IMG/VR virus record: IMGVR_UViG_3300018035_000041
Location: 1 to 28,129 of that record
Direction: 5' to 3' (one strand)
Origin: a virus
Lineage: Duplodnaviria > Caudoviricetes
Length of the DNA: 28,129 nucleotides
In this document: one piece after another, positions 18,892-26,682 of the stretch
Numbering within the stretch: the first letter of the stretch is position 1
How the letters are laid out: each line of letters begins with the position of its first letter
Position numbers and translations under genes: made by a program
The notes under the pieces: generated by a model
Told to the model about the DNA's origin: nothing
Seen by the model: the letters and a program-made list of their open reading frames with translations, nothing else
Databases searched by the model: none

Positions 18892-19380
18892 TCACTCTTT
18901 TTTCAGATACTCAATGGCGCGCTCGATCCAACCGGGCGAGCCTTCGATCTTTCCAACCGCTTGATTGCACGCCGAGCATAACAAGCCGCGCGCCGTACCG
19001 TCGGTGTGACTATGATCAATCGCCAGCGAACGAATAGCCCCGCCCTTCCGACTTCTTGAAATCTCAGGCTTAAGGCATAAAGCACAGACCGAATTTTGTT
19101 TTTCGGTTTGTTCATGTAGCCACTGTTCGGTAACACCGTACTTTTTGCATCTGCGCCGCTTCTCGTGTCGCAGAATTGCCGTAACGTCCTTCTTGCGATT
19201 GAGGCGAGACCATTCGCGATGGTAAGCCCGCATCTTTTCAAGATTGGCATCTCGGCGTGCTTTGGCTTTCGCATTTTTACAAGTGCGGCACCAAGACTGG
19301 ACGTAGCCTTTTTCCTCATTCTGCCAACCAAACTCCGCAAAATCTTGCTCAAATCCGCACACTGTACAGCGTTTAGTCAT
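18892..19380 (-). CDS. Endonuclease VII-family (His-Me finger) nuclease, probable free-standing homing endonuclease
   Basis: N-terminal CxxC...CxxC; KYGVT...QNSVCALC...LAIDHSH.DG.ARGLLCSACNQAVG...AIEYL. Confidence 0.88.
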   Translation of the reverse strand: MTKRCTVCGFEQDFAEFGWQNEEKGYVQSWCRTCKNAKAKARRDANLEKMRAYHREWSRLNRKKDVTAILRHEKRRRCKKYGVTEQWLHEQTEKQNSVCALCLKPEISRSRKGGAIRSLAIDHSHTDGTARGLLCSACNQAVGKIEGSPGWIERAIEYLKKE

Positions 19381-19414
19381 CGTGGTATCCCCTTTGTTTT
19401 GAGGATACCACGAT
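19379..19414 (-). promoter_or_regulatory. RBS/start-codon-sequestering hairpin of the endonuclease gene
   Basis: 12-bp perfect inverted repeat ATCGTGGTATCC (19379-19390)/GGATACCACGAT (19403-19414); the stem includes most of the SD and the AU of AUG. Confidence 0.8.
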
Positions 19415-19429
19415 TTAGCTATTTGTTAG

Positions 19430-20785
19430 CTATGAGTTTGCGGGTACGGGCAACCCTTGGATCGAGAACTGACGCTTCGAGTTCGCGCAAATCCAGTTCT
19501 CTCCGCACTCATAAGCGAACATGGTCGAGTCAAAGTACGTGGTCGTCCCGGTTCCGTCGTTTGTTGGTACGGGAGCCACGGTTACGCCCGGCGTCCAGTT
19601 GTGAAGCCGAGTCTCGAAGAGTTCGCCCTTCCACCAATCCTCCGGCACGAATAGGTCCATGCGGCTGTTGTCGGCGGTCGAGGAGTAGACCACCTCGCGG
19701 CCTGCCCATGTCGGCTGCATATTGCGCCGCGCCACGTCCGGCACTTCCTTGTTGCCGCCCTCGTCCAGACGGGTATGTCCGGCGTTGTAGAACTCGTCTG
19801 CCAGCGCCACGCCCTGCACGGGATTGGTGTACCAGAACGATTTCTCGTTGGCGTCGTATTCGTCGCCCAGCGCCCTCATGCGAATGGATTCCACACGCTG
19901 AGCAGTCGAGTTAACCAGGCTTCCCGATCCGCCAAAGTTGATGATCGGCGTCTGGAAGCGGCCCGGATAGTTTGAGATGATCACGCCGGCGCGGGTTCCG
20001 GTGGCCGAGTTGTTAATCCAGTAGTTCTTGCCGTAGATCGAAGAGCCAGCAGTTCCGGCAGCGCCCAATACAACAAGAAGGTCGGTAGCCTGCGTGCTTG
20101 TAGGAAGCACGGTAGAAAACCACAATGTGAGTGCAACCGGATCGATATAGCTGATTGTGGGCGTCCCTACGCGGGGCGTTCCATTAGCCTGAATGACTTG
20201 GATTGTTTGCTGATCGACAAATCTTGCAGCGTTGGGTAAACCGGAAATGTAACTGTAGGTGGCCGAACCATTTCCCCCTCCCCCCGATCCGCTGGAGATT
20301 GTAGCTGTTGAGGGAATCACATCAATCGTTCCTGTGCCATCTGAGTTCAGAAGGGATTCGCGGCCATTCTCGAAGGAAAGCAAAGTCTTTTCCATCTCCT
20401 CGCGGTCGTATTTCACCAGGCCGGTTTCCTTGTCGGAAGTCGCCTCGACGGCAAGGTTGGAGATTTCGCACACGTTGATAAGACGGACCGGAGAAGCCGC
20501 AAACGAAACAAACTGCGATGCGGTGCCGCGCGGCCAGGAGGCCACGGTTGTAGACGTGTCGGCTGCGAATTGCTGGATTCCAGCGCCGCCCTGTACGCGG
20601 GTGGGCACCCAGAAAGGTGCGCGCTGCTGGCCACCGCGAGCGGTCTGATTGGAGACCTTCTTTTTGTTGCCGTCTCGGTCGAGCCGGGTTTGTAGCTTGT
20701 TGAAGTGCTGCTGAAGATCGGCGATCTTCGTTACGAAGGTTTCAAGTTCGATATTCTGTACTGCAAGTTCGGTTCCGAGTCCCAT
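19430..20785 (-). CDS. Major capsid protein (HK97 fold expected), 451 aa
   Basis: Size and position after portal and scaffold; E-loop-like FWVPTRVQGG, spine helix REEMEKTLLSFENGRESLLNSDGTG and C-terminal FAYECGENWICAN strand pattern. Confidence 0.8.
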   Translation of the reverse strand: MGLGTELAVQNIELETFVTKIADLQQHFNKLQTRLDRDGNKKKVSNQTARGGQQRAPFWVPTRVQGGAGIQQFAADTSTTVASWPRGTASQFVSFAASPVRLINVCEISNLAVEATSDKETGLVKYDREEMEKTLLSFENGRESLLNSDGTGTIDVIPSTATISSGSGGGGNGSATYSYISGLPNAARFVDQQTIQVIQANGTPRVGTPTISYIDPVALTLWFSTVLPTSTQATDLLVVLGAAGTAGSSIYGKNYWINNSATGTRAGVIISNYPGRFQTPIINFGGSGSLVNSTAQRVESIRMRALGDEYDANEKSFWYTNPVQGVALADEFYNAGHTRLDEGGNKEVPDVARRNMQPTWAGREVVYSSTADNSRMDLFVPEDWWKGELFETRLHNWTPGVTVAPVPTNDGTGTTTYFDSTMFAYECGENWICANSKRQFSIQGLPVPANS

Positions 20786-21045
20786 GACAATCCATCCAAA
20801 CGTGAGCTAGGCGATTCGCTCTGTCTCAGCGTATCCCCGCGTGTGCCTCTCGTTTGGGTCGGCAGGCTATCCGCTATTTAGACCGGTCTCGGAATTCCGG
20901 GCTACAGACCCTTGCTATTGCCGGTCTTTCCCGGCTGTCAGCCACCTTTAATCAGTCACCTACACGGGCGGGGCTGCAATATGGCATTCGTCCCACTTTG
21001 ACGCCCGGTTGATCCTATGCAAAATCATAGCACACCTGTCAAATT
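20786..21045 (-). promoter_or_regulatory. Promoter and about 230-nt structured 5' leader (candidate ncRNA motif) of the capsid gene
   Basis: Extended -10 TGcTATGAT (21024-21032) and TTGACA (21037-21042). Longest non-coding gap in the operon, with several stems. Confidence 0.55.
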
Positions 21046-21046
21046 G

Positions 21047-21346
21047 CTATGAGTTTAGGTGCGAAATTACATCCTGCAAATCCGCGCTGGATCGCGTGAT
21101 CCGACACCGCGCGTCGGTCAAGACCTCCGCAAGCGAAGCCGGTTGCCCAGGAGTTTTCGCCTCTACATCCTGGTTCGCGATTCCGAGCGAGGCCTTGACC
21201 TGATAGGTGAGTGATTGAAGTTCCGACACCGCCTTTTGAAGATCGGTTACGCGAGAGGCGATACCGGAAGGTTGAGGAGCCTGAGTTGCTACGGCTCCGT
21301 AGTTGGAGATGCTGGTTTCCATTCCCAGTTGCGGTTGTGGATACAT
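21047..21346 (-). CDS. Hypothetical helical-hairpin protein, 99 aa
   Basis: AGGAG SD; two heptad-like helices. Confidence 0.7.
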   Translation of the reverse strand: MYPQPQLGMETSISNYGAVATQAPQPSGIASRVTDLQKAVSELQSLTYQVKASLGIANQDVEAKTPGQPASLAEVLTDARCRITRSSADLQDVISHLNS

Positions 21347-21395
21347 GGTGCGTTTCTCCTGATTTGGATTGATGAAGCCGATATGAACGTATCCA

Positions 21396-22664
21396 CTATG
21401 GGCGGTACTGTTGCACCGAGCCGTCCTTCATCTTCCACTTGTTCTGATACAGCCACTCTGCCGGGGTGCGTGGAAAGTCAATGTCGGCCCGGCTCGGCTT
21501 CACGGTCACGATCTTGACGCCCTTCTGCGGAACAATCGGAGCGGGTTTACTTCCATTCCCGTTCCCGTTTGGCTTTGGCGCCGTCCGCTTATCAATAATC
21601 TGGCCGTAATCGCGTGAGATAAGCGCCTTCATCACATTCGGAGCGTGTTTGGTGAACTCGGACCGGAAGAGAGAGACGATAGAAGCCTTATCTGGAGTCC
21701 GCTGTCTGTTGTAGCGGGCCATCTGCACCTTGTAGTCTGCATTTTTGTTCGCTTCGGAAATCACGCCCTGAACGAGTTCGCCAACCAACGCCTGCTTCTT
21801 CGCGTCCGAAAGACGAAAACCGGCCTTGGATAGTCTTTCAGCCCAGGGCTTCAGTTCCTCATTGAATGTTTTTTCCGCAATAGCATTCGTGTCAGGGTAG
21901 ACGTTATCCTTCCAGAATTGCGGATTGGCGGTGCCGGTTTGCGTTTCCGCCTTCGGCTGCGCAACTTCTTCCTCGTTCGGTTTCTGCCGGCCGGTGTCGA
22001 TCTCTTTCAGGCGGTCCTCTTGAGCCTTGAACCACTGGCCCATCGTCGATGCGTGCGCGATGACAGATTGCAGCCGGTCATTCGTCCAATCTGCCTTTTG
22101 CTCCGGCTTCATCCACTTCGGAGGTTCCTGGGAAAGCGCATCGACAAGCTGCCCGTATGCAGAATAAAGCTGTGACCCCCGCAGCGCATCCACGAAATGC
22201 GGCAGCACGGCCTTCACATAGCCGGCCGCATCGCTCTCAGCCAGCATATCAAGCAGTTGCGGAGCAGACTGCATGATTCCGGCGCGCTGGTCCTCGCTAA
22301 GTGAGCGCAAATCCCCTTGCGCAATCGCGTCTAGCGCAGCCTGAGATTCAGCCAGCGTCGATTGCATCGTGGAAATGGCTTCAATACCCTTTTTGTCGCC
22401 ATAGGCCACGCCATCAAGCGCCGCGTACCGCTCACGAACGCCGTCGATACCCTTCGGCTCCAAACGCTTGAGGCTTTCCAGCCGCCCAAAGTCGTCTTTG
22501 ATACGGCGATAATGCTTGCCGAAATCCCCATCCTCTTTCAAGGTTTTGAGCCACTGAGAATACTCGCGGTCTGCCTGCTTTGGGTCGGGTTGCTGTAGCT
22601 GCCCGCCGTCGCCTCCAGAAGATTGCTCTACCTGCTCAAGTCCCTGCTCAAGAACTGCTTCCAT
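21396..22664 (-). CDS. Probable capsid scaffolding protein, 422 aa
   Basis: TAAGGAG SD; charged helical protein with acidic/Gln N-terminus, between portal and capsid. Confidence 0.65.
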   Translation of the reverse strand: MEAVLEQGLEQVEQSSGGDGGQLQQPDPKQADREYSQWLKTLKEDGDFGKHYRRIKDDFGRLESLKRLEPKGIDGVRERYAALDGVAYGDKKGIEAISTMQSTLAESQAALDAIAQGDLRSLSEDQRAGIMQSAPQLLDMLAESDAAGYVKAVLPHFVDALRGSQLYSAYGQLVDALSQEPPKWMKPEQKADWTNDRLQSVIAHASTMGQWFKAQEDRLKEIDTGRQKPNEEEVAQPKAETQTGTANPQFWKDNVYPDTNAIAEKTFNEELKPWAERLSKAGFRLSDAKKQALVGELVQGVISEANKNADYKVQMARYNRQRTPDKASIVSLFRSEFTKHAPNVMKALISRDYGQIIDKRTAPKPNGNGNGSKPAPIVPQKGVKIVTVKPSRADIDFPRTPAEWLYQNKWKMKDGSVQQYRP

Positions 22665-22674
22665 GTCTGTCTCC

Positions 22675-22797
22675 TTACCGTTTAATTCCGCACCACGGAC
22701 AACCGTCTGGAGTTGTTACTTTTTCCTCGTGGTAATTGGCCGTGCATCGTGCATCGTCGAGTTTTTTTGTAACCCACTTCCAAAATAATCGCATCAT
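22675..22797 (-). CDS. Small Zn-ribbon-like protein, 40 aa (MMRLFWKWVTKKLDDARCTANYHEEKVTTPDGCPWCGIKR)
   Basis: Translated by hand. ATGA overlap with the portal stop; its TAA forms the scaffold SD (TAAGGAG); C..H..CPWCG motif. Confidence 0.6.
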   Translation of the reverse strand: MMRLFWKWVTKKLDDARCTANYHEEKVTTPDGCPWCGIKR

Positions 22798-25307
22798 GAT
22801 AGCGGCTTTCCGACCACCGATACCTTGCGTTTTGTAGGAACCCCTGTCTCCGGGTTAACGCCCTCTGTCTCTTCCGTAATCTCGTGGTCCTGATCCTGCG
22901 TCTGCAATGCCACAGGTGGCATCTGGAATCCGAGACGCTCGAACGCGATAGCCTGAGCCGCTGGCGGCAACTTCGTCGGATCAATCGTCACGCTGGCCCG
23001 CATCTCGACCGGAGGCGGTGGCTGCATCTTTTGCGCGATAGTTGCATGAGCCTGCCAGTTCAGAGCCAAGTTCAGGAAACCTTGCTTCTGCTCATCGCTT
23101 CCATTCTGCGCTGCTTTGCCGCGCGCCGACTTCATCTCGGACAGCGCAATTGCGGCTCTGATTAGATGGTCCTGAGAGGCGTCTTGCGCAGGCTGGATAC
23201 TCGGAATCAGAGGCGGTATAGCCTGAATCTGCTGTTGCAACTGCGCGGCCTGCTGTTGCGCCTGCTGAACGATCTGCTGCGCCATTGCTGGATTCTGCTG
23301 TGCGGACATCTGAGCCTGCTGGTCGAGCATCTGCAACTGCTCTTTAAGCTCCTCAAGTTGTGGATTCGGGAGTGGGGTCGCCGCGAGCAACTTTTGATTG
23401 TCTTCGATCTGGCGCTCTACATCATCGAGTCCGGGAATCTTCATGCCGGTAAACGATGGCAACTTGCGCAGAATCTCAAGGTTGCGCGGATCGCTCAAAA
23501 TCTGCGCGTAGAACGGAACTGTTCCGACAGCGGACAACATTTGTCCGATCTCTGCCTGCTGCTCGGCAAGCGTCGGCGGAATCTCTGTCGATGTGCTCCA
23601 CACCAGCACGTTGCCCTTGAGCTTGCCGACTTGAACTCGCACACGTTCACCTGGAAGCCCAACCGAGAAATCGGAGATACGATTCGCCGCCGCCGATTTG
23701 ATTGCCTGATGAGAGAATGCGGCAACCTGTGTTGCCATATCGCCCCACGGGAGAGAGAATACCTGCAATGCCTGGTCACGGTCGAGGCGAGCCTCGCCAA
23801 ACGTTCCTTTACTGGCCGCGTCGGCTTCGATACCAAAGACTGCCGGGGAACCTCCATCAAGCGTTTCCGGCATCGTGGTCATAAGGTATTGAATATATTG
23901 GAATAGCGCATCGTTGGCTTGTGGAACATTCTCCACAAACGTAATCTTTGATGGGTCCAACGCGTGATCGATGCACCATTGAAGATCGAACGGACTCACT
24001 TTGGCCGGGTCGTTCGACTGCCTATTGATAGCTTCCACATCGATGACCGGCTCACCGGCCCAGCGCCGCGCCACTGCTGCCACGTGATACCGATAAAGCA
24101 GAGATACGCATGAATTTAGCTGCTTTTGCATGGGAAGATAGTTCGTCCCGATGCTTTCTCTATTCTGGCCGTCTCCAGGTGTCGCGTGACTGATGGCAAT
24201 ATGCTCATCCATCGAACCTTCGCGAACCAAACCAATCTCGCCACCGGCAATCCAAACCTCAAGCCCGGACGGGAACTCGTCGTACATCATCTCCCGCATC
24301 TGCTCGTCGCCGATGCCCTCGTACTGATACGGGCGGAAGAAGTAGACGCTCTCGGTAGTATCCTGCTGATACGCCTCGCCGTCCGTGCTCGATGACTGAA
24401 CGATCAGCCGAACATTCGCACGGGCTATCCGATCCAACTGCCCCATCGCGTCCTTGCTGGCACCGCCTGCGATCTTGTCCTTGATCCATGGGTAACGTCC
24501 TCTCAGTTCGTTCCGGTTCGCCTCTTCGCTCAGGCGAATCCAGCCCATATCCTCCAGCGAGTCGGCCATGAGCGGAACCTTGCGCTCCAGCTTTCCATAT
24601 ATCTCGACTTCTTCGCGCCGCGCCGGAACAGGGTCTCCATCCTCATCAACCTCTTGACCGTATCTGCGATCTGCCACGGTGTAGGTGAGCGATACTGCGG
24701 TGCCATCGGTATAGAGATAGTTGGCCACCTCGGCCATGCGGCGCCGCACTTTGGCCTGCTCGCGGAAAGCCTTGAGATAGGGAACTCCCTCTTGCGCGGC
24801 CTCTTTGTCGTCCGTATCCTGATCGTCCTCGGCCACTACCTCGCAAGGTGGGACCTCCCGGCTCAACAGCGCTACGATTTTCTTGCAGCGTGATCCGAAT
24901 ACGTTGCAGGAGAATAGCTTGTTTCCGTTTTGGTGCTGTAGCAGGGCGGCGGGAGATGTGCCAGCCGATCCGGCACCCAGGCTCCAACCCCTCACGCCGC
25001 CATTCAGGAATTGGTTGTTACGCCGGAATAGCCTCTGCTCCCACGCTTGCAGAACTTCCCAGATGCGCGCCGCAGAATCGGATCGCTCTGTACCTTTAAC
25101 CAAGTCCTCGATCGCCCCGCGTAGACTCCCAAGTTCGTCCGGGCCATAGCAGGGCTTCGGCGAGCAGCGCCAGGAGGCTTTCGCGCCAGGGACGAAACCG
25201 TATGCGTCAAAGTCGATTGGAGTGAGATGGGGGGCCGCGCCTTCGGAGTCGCCTTCGGACTGGACAGTATCGACGCGGGCTGAGGATGGTGCTAGGAGTT
25301 CAGGCAT
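22794..25307 (-). CDS. Portal protein (P22-like, with long Gln-rich C-terminal region), 837 aa
   Basis: NVFGSRCKKIVALLSRE.P..EV.AED...DKEAA, YLYTDG, PMQKQLN, TFGEARLDRDQA segments; position after the terminase. Confidence 0.8.
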   Translation of the reverse strand: MPELLAPSSARVDTVQSEGDSEGAAPHLTPIDFDAYGFVPGAKASWRCSPKPCYGPDELGSLRGAIEDLVKGTERSDSAARIWEVLQAWEQRLFRRNNQFLNGGVRGWSLGAGSAGTSPAALLQHQNGNKLFSCNVFGSRCKKIVALLSREVPPCEVVAEDDQDTDDKEAAQEGVPYLKAFREQAKVRRRMAEVANYLYTDGTAVSLTYTVADRRYGQEVDEDGDPVPARREEVEIYGKLERKVPLMADSLEDMGWIRLSEEANRNELRGRYPWIKDKIAGGASKDAMGQLDRIARANVRLIVQSSSTDGEAYQQDTTESVYFFRPYQYEGIGDEQMREMMYDEFPSGLEVWIAGGEIGLVREGSMDEHIAISHATPGDGQNRESIGTNYLPMQKQLNSCVSLLYRYHVAAVARRWAGEPVIDVEAINRQSNDPAKVSPFDLQWCIDHALDPSKITFVENVPQANDALFQYIQYLMTTMPETLDGGSPAVFGIEADAASKGTFGEARLDRDQALQVFSLPWGDMATQVAAFSHQAIKSAAANRISDFSVGLPGERVRVQVGKLKGNVLVWSTSTEIPPTLAEQQAEIGQMLSAVGTVPFYAQILSDPRNLEILRKLPSFTGMKIPGLDDVERQIEDNQKLLAATPLPNPQLEELKEQLQMLDQQAQMSAQQNPAMAQQIVQQAQQQAAQLQQQIQAIPPLIPSIQPAQDASQDHLIRAAIALSEMKSARGKAAQNGSDEQKQGFLNLALNWQAHATIAQKMQPPPPVEMRASVTIDPTKLPPAAQAIAFERLGFQMPPVALQTQDQDHEITEETEGVNPETGVPTKRKVSVVGKPLS

Positions 25308-25512
25308 TGGGGCCTATCCCCACTATCTTGTCAACGCGCCCGTTGGGGTGGCGAAGATGAATCTCTCCCGGAGGGATTGAATCGTCGATCACTACGGGAA
25401 TACCTATCGACTCTAAAGCCTCGCGCACAGTGCATCTCGTCTTTGGGCGAAAGATGCGCTCCCATCCGTCGCGGTACTGATCCGTAACCGGCTTCTGGCG
25501 CTCAATGTCCAT
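25300..25512 (-). CDS. Hypothetical protein, 70 aa
   Basis: Abuts the previous stop and overlaps the portal start; YRDGWERIF motif. Confidence 0.65.
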   Translation of the reverse strand: MDIERQKPVTDQYRDGWERIFRPKTRCTVREALESIGIPVVIDDSIPPGEIHLRHPNGRVDKIVGIGPNA

Positions 25513-25716
25513 CTATCCCCCGTGGTGCATCGCGGATAATCCAAGGCCGCTGATTGCCTTGCGCCGCAATGTCGGGTTGGACGAGTGCGATGCAGCCTTC
25601 ATGCGCTCCTCACCGATCTTCTCGCCTTCGGGAACGTGCAGCATCCGATGAAGGCTCCCCTCTTTGATCGAGAACGAGCCTTTGCGTCCCAGGTTAACTT
25701 CTTTGGTTCCTGCCAT
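25513..25716 (-). CDS. Small basic phage protein, 67 aa (IKEGSLHRMLHVPEGEKI motif)
   Basis: AAGGAG SD; resembles a recurring uncharacterised phage family (IK.PGAL...L.VP.G.KIP) from memory. Confidence 0.7.
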   Translation of the reverse strand: MAGTKEVNLGRKGSFSIKEGSLHRMLHVPEGEKIGEERMKAASHSSNPTLRRKAISGLGLSAMHHGG

Positions 25717-25721
25717 AAAAT

Positions 25722-25928
25722 CTACTCCTTGACAGGCAGTCCTGTCGGCTCAAGAGCATTCCGCAACGCAGTCAATTCCGCCGCTAACGCTTCGACGCGG
25801 GTGGCCAGCGCATTGTCAGAGGGAGCGATAGCCGTTCCGCCGCCTTCGAGCGCGGTTACCCGCTTGTCGAGGTCTGTCGCCGTCGCCAACAAATCAACGC
25901 CACCGAATGAATTAGTAACGAGCGCCAT
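25722..25928 (-). CDS. Small coiled-coil protein, 68 aa
   Basis: TAATG-coupled start (MALVTNSF); DLDKRVTALEGG and LATRVEALAAELTALRN heptads. Confidence 0.7.
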   Translation of the reverse strand: MALVTNSFGGVDLLATATDLDKRVTALEGGGTAIAPSDNALATRVEALAAELTALRNALEPTGLPVKE

Positions 25929-26206
25929 TACACGCCCCCGCACATTCCGCCTGGGCAGTCGGAATGCTCTTCCGGCCCGGACACGTTGCCCTCATGGTCG
26001 ATGTGATGCGCGATATGGCCTTCCGGCTTGTGCTGGATGTGTGAATGACCGTGCCCGGTGGCCGCGTGCATCGCTTTTAGGTGGCTCTCGATCTTGCCGT
26101 CGACGCCTTCATCGCCGTCCGGTTCCTCGTGCTCGCCGCCCATCGGCTGCGCTTTGGGCTTCTCTTCCATCGATCCGCCCAAGTATCCCTTGCTGAAGTT
26201 TGCCAT
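25928..26206 (-). CDS. His-rich acidic protein, 92 aa
   Basis: Start at TGATG overlap behind AAGGAG; HLKAMHAATGHGHSHIQHKPEGHIAHHIDHEG and C-terminal CPGGMC. Confidence 0.75.
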   Translation of the reverse strand: MANFSKGYLGGSMEEKPKAQPMGGEHEEPDGDEGVDGKIESHLKAMHAATGHGHSHIQHKPEGHIAHHIDHEGNVSGPEEHSDCPGGMCGGV

Positions 26207-26399
26207 CAGTTTTGCTCCTTTGACCGGGCCACTTTGCCCGGTTTGCATTGCTGGGTTTCGTGACGCCGAGCGCGAACTCGGTTCTTCGGATTGTAGTTCG
26301 ACAGGCAGCGTGGACAGGTCTCCACTTTAGTCTCGTGGCGCTCAAGACCGGGATAATCGGTGCTCTCGACCTGCATATATTTCATCAGTTTTGCTCCTT
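26204..26399. repeat. 17-bp direct repeat AAGGAGCAAAACTGATG (minus) at 26204-26220 and 26383-26399
   Basis: Exact match read directly; flanks the 59-aa ORF. Confidence 0.9.
26206..26385 (-). CDS. Small zinc-finger-like protein, 59 aa (CPRC...H....C)
   Basis: Translated by hand: MKYMQVESTDYPGLERHETKVETCPRCLSNYNPKNRVRARRHETQQCKPGKVARSKEQN; TGATG-coupled at both ends, AAGGAG SD. Confidence 0.7.
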   Translation of the reverse strand: MKYMQVESTDYPGLERHETKVETCPRCLSNYNPKNRVRARRHETQQCKPGKVARSKEQN

Positions 26400-26678
26400 G
26401 AAGTTCTCAGGGTTGCAGAGGAACGCGATCTGCTGCGCCTCCCAATCAAGTTCAGATATACGGGGCGGCGCGGTATCACGCTGCCGCTGGAGTCGGGAGA
26501 TGCGCGATTCGTGGCCTTCGATGCGATCAAACGCGGACTTGATCAGATTCTTTTGCTCAAGAGCCTCGCTTGCAAGAACGGCCAGCGTATCATCTTGGGC
26601 GCTGTCATGCTCCTCGACCTCATCCCAGCCGATCAGCGCACGTAGCCACCTGCGAATCATGCTCATAGCATACACCAT
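26385..26678 (-). CDS. Hypothetical coiled-coil protein, about 97 aa
   Basis: Directly follows the terminase; FDRIEGHESRISRLQ heptads; start may be a few codons downstream. Confidence 0.7.
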   Translation of the reverse strand: MVYAMSMIRRWLRALIGWDEVEEHDSAQDDTLAVLASEALEQKNLIKSAFDRIEGHESRISRLQRQRDTAPPRISELDWEAQQIAFLCNPENFKEQN

Positions 26679-26682
26679 TCTG

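Noticed and set aside
20786-21045. tRNA, CRISPR array or known riboswitch in the capsid leader
   Set aside because: No cloverleaf or T-loop consensus, no repeat-spacer periodicity and no aptamer consensus that I recognise.
19429-21056. 11-bp repeat AAACTCATAGC at the stop codons of the 99-aa gene and the capsid gene
   Set aside because: Many 11-mer repeats are expected by chance in 28 kb, and the spacing to the downstream -10 boxes differs.
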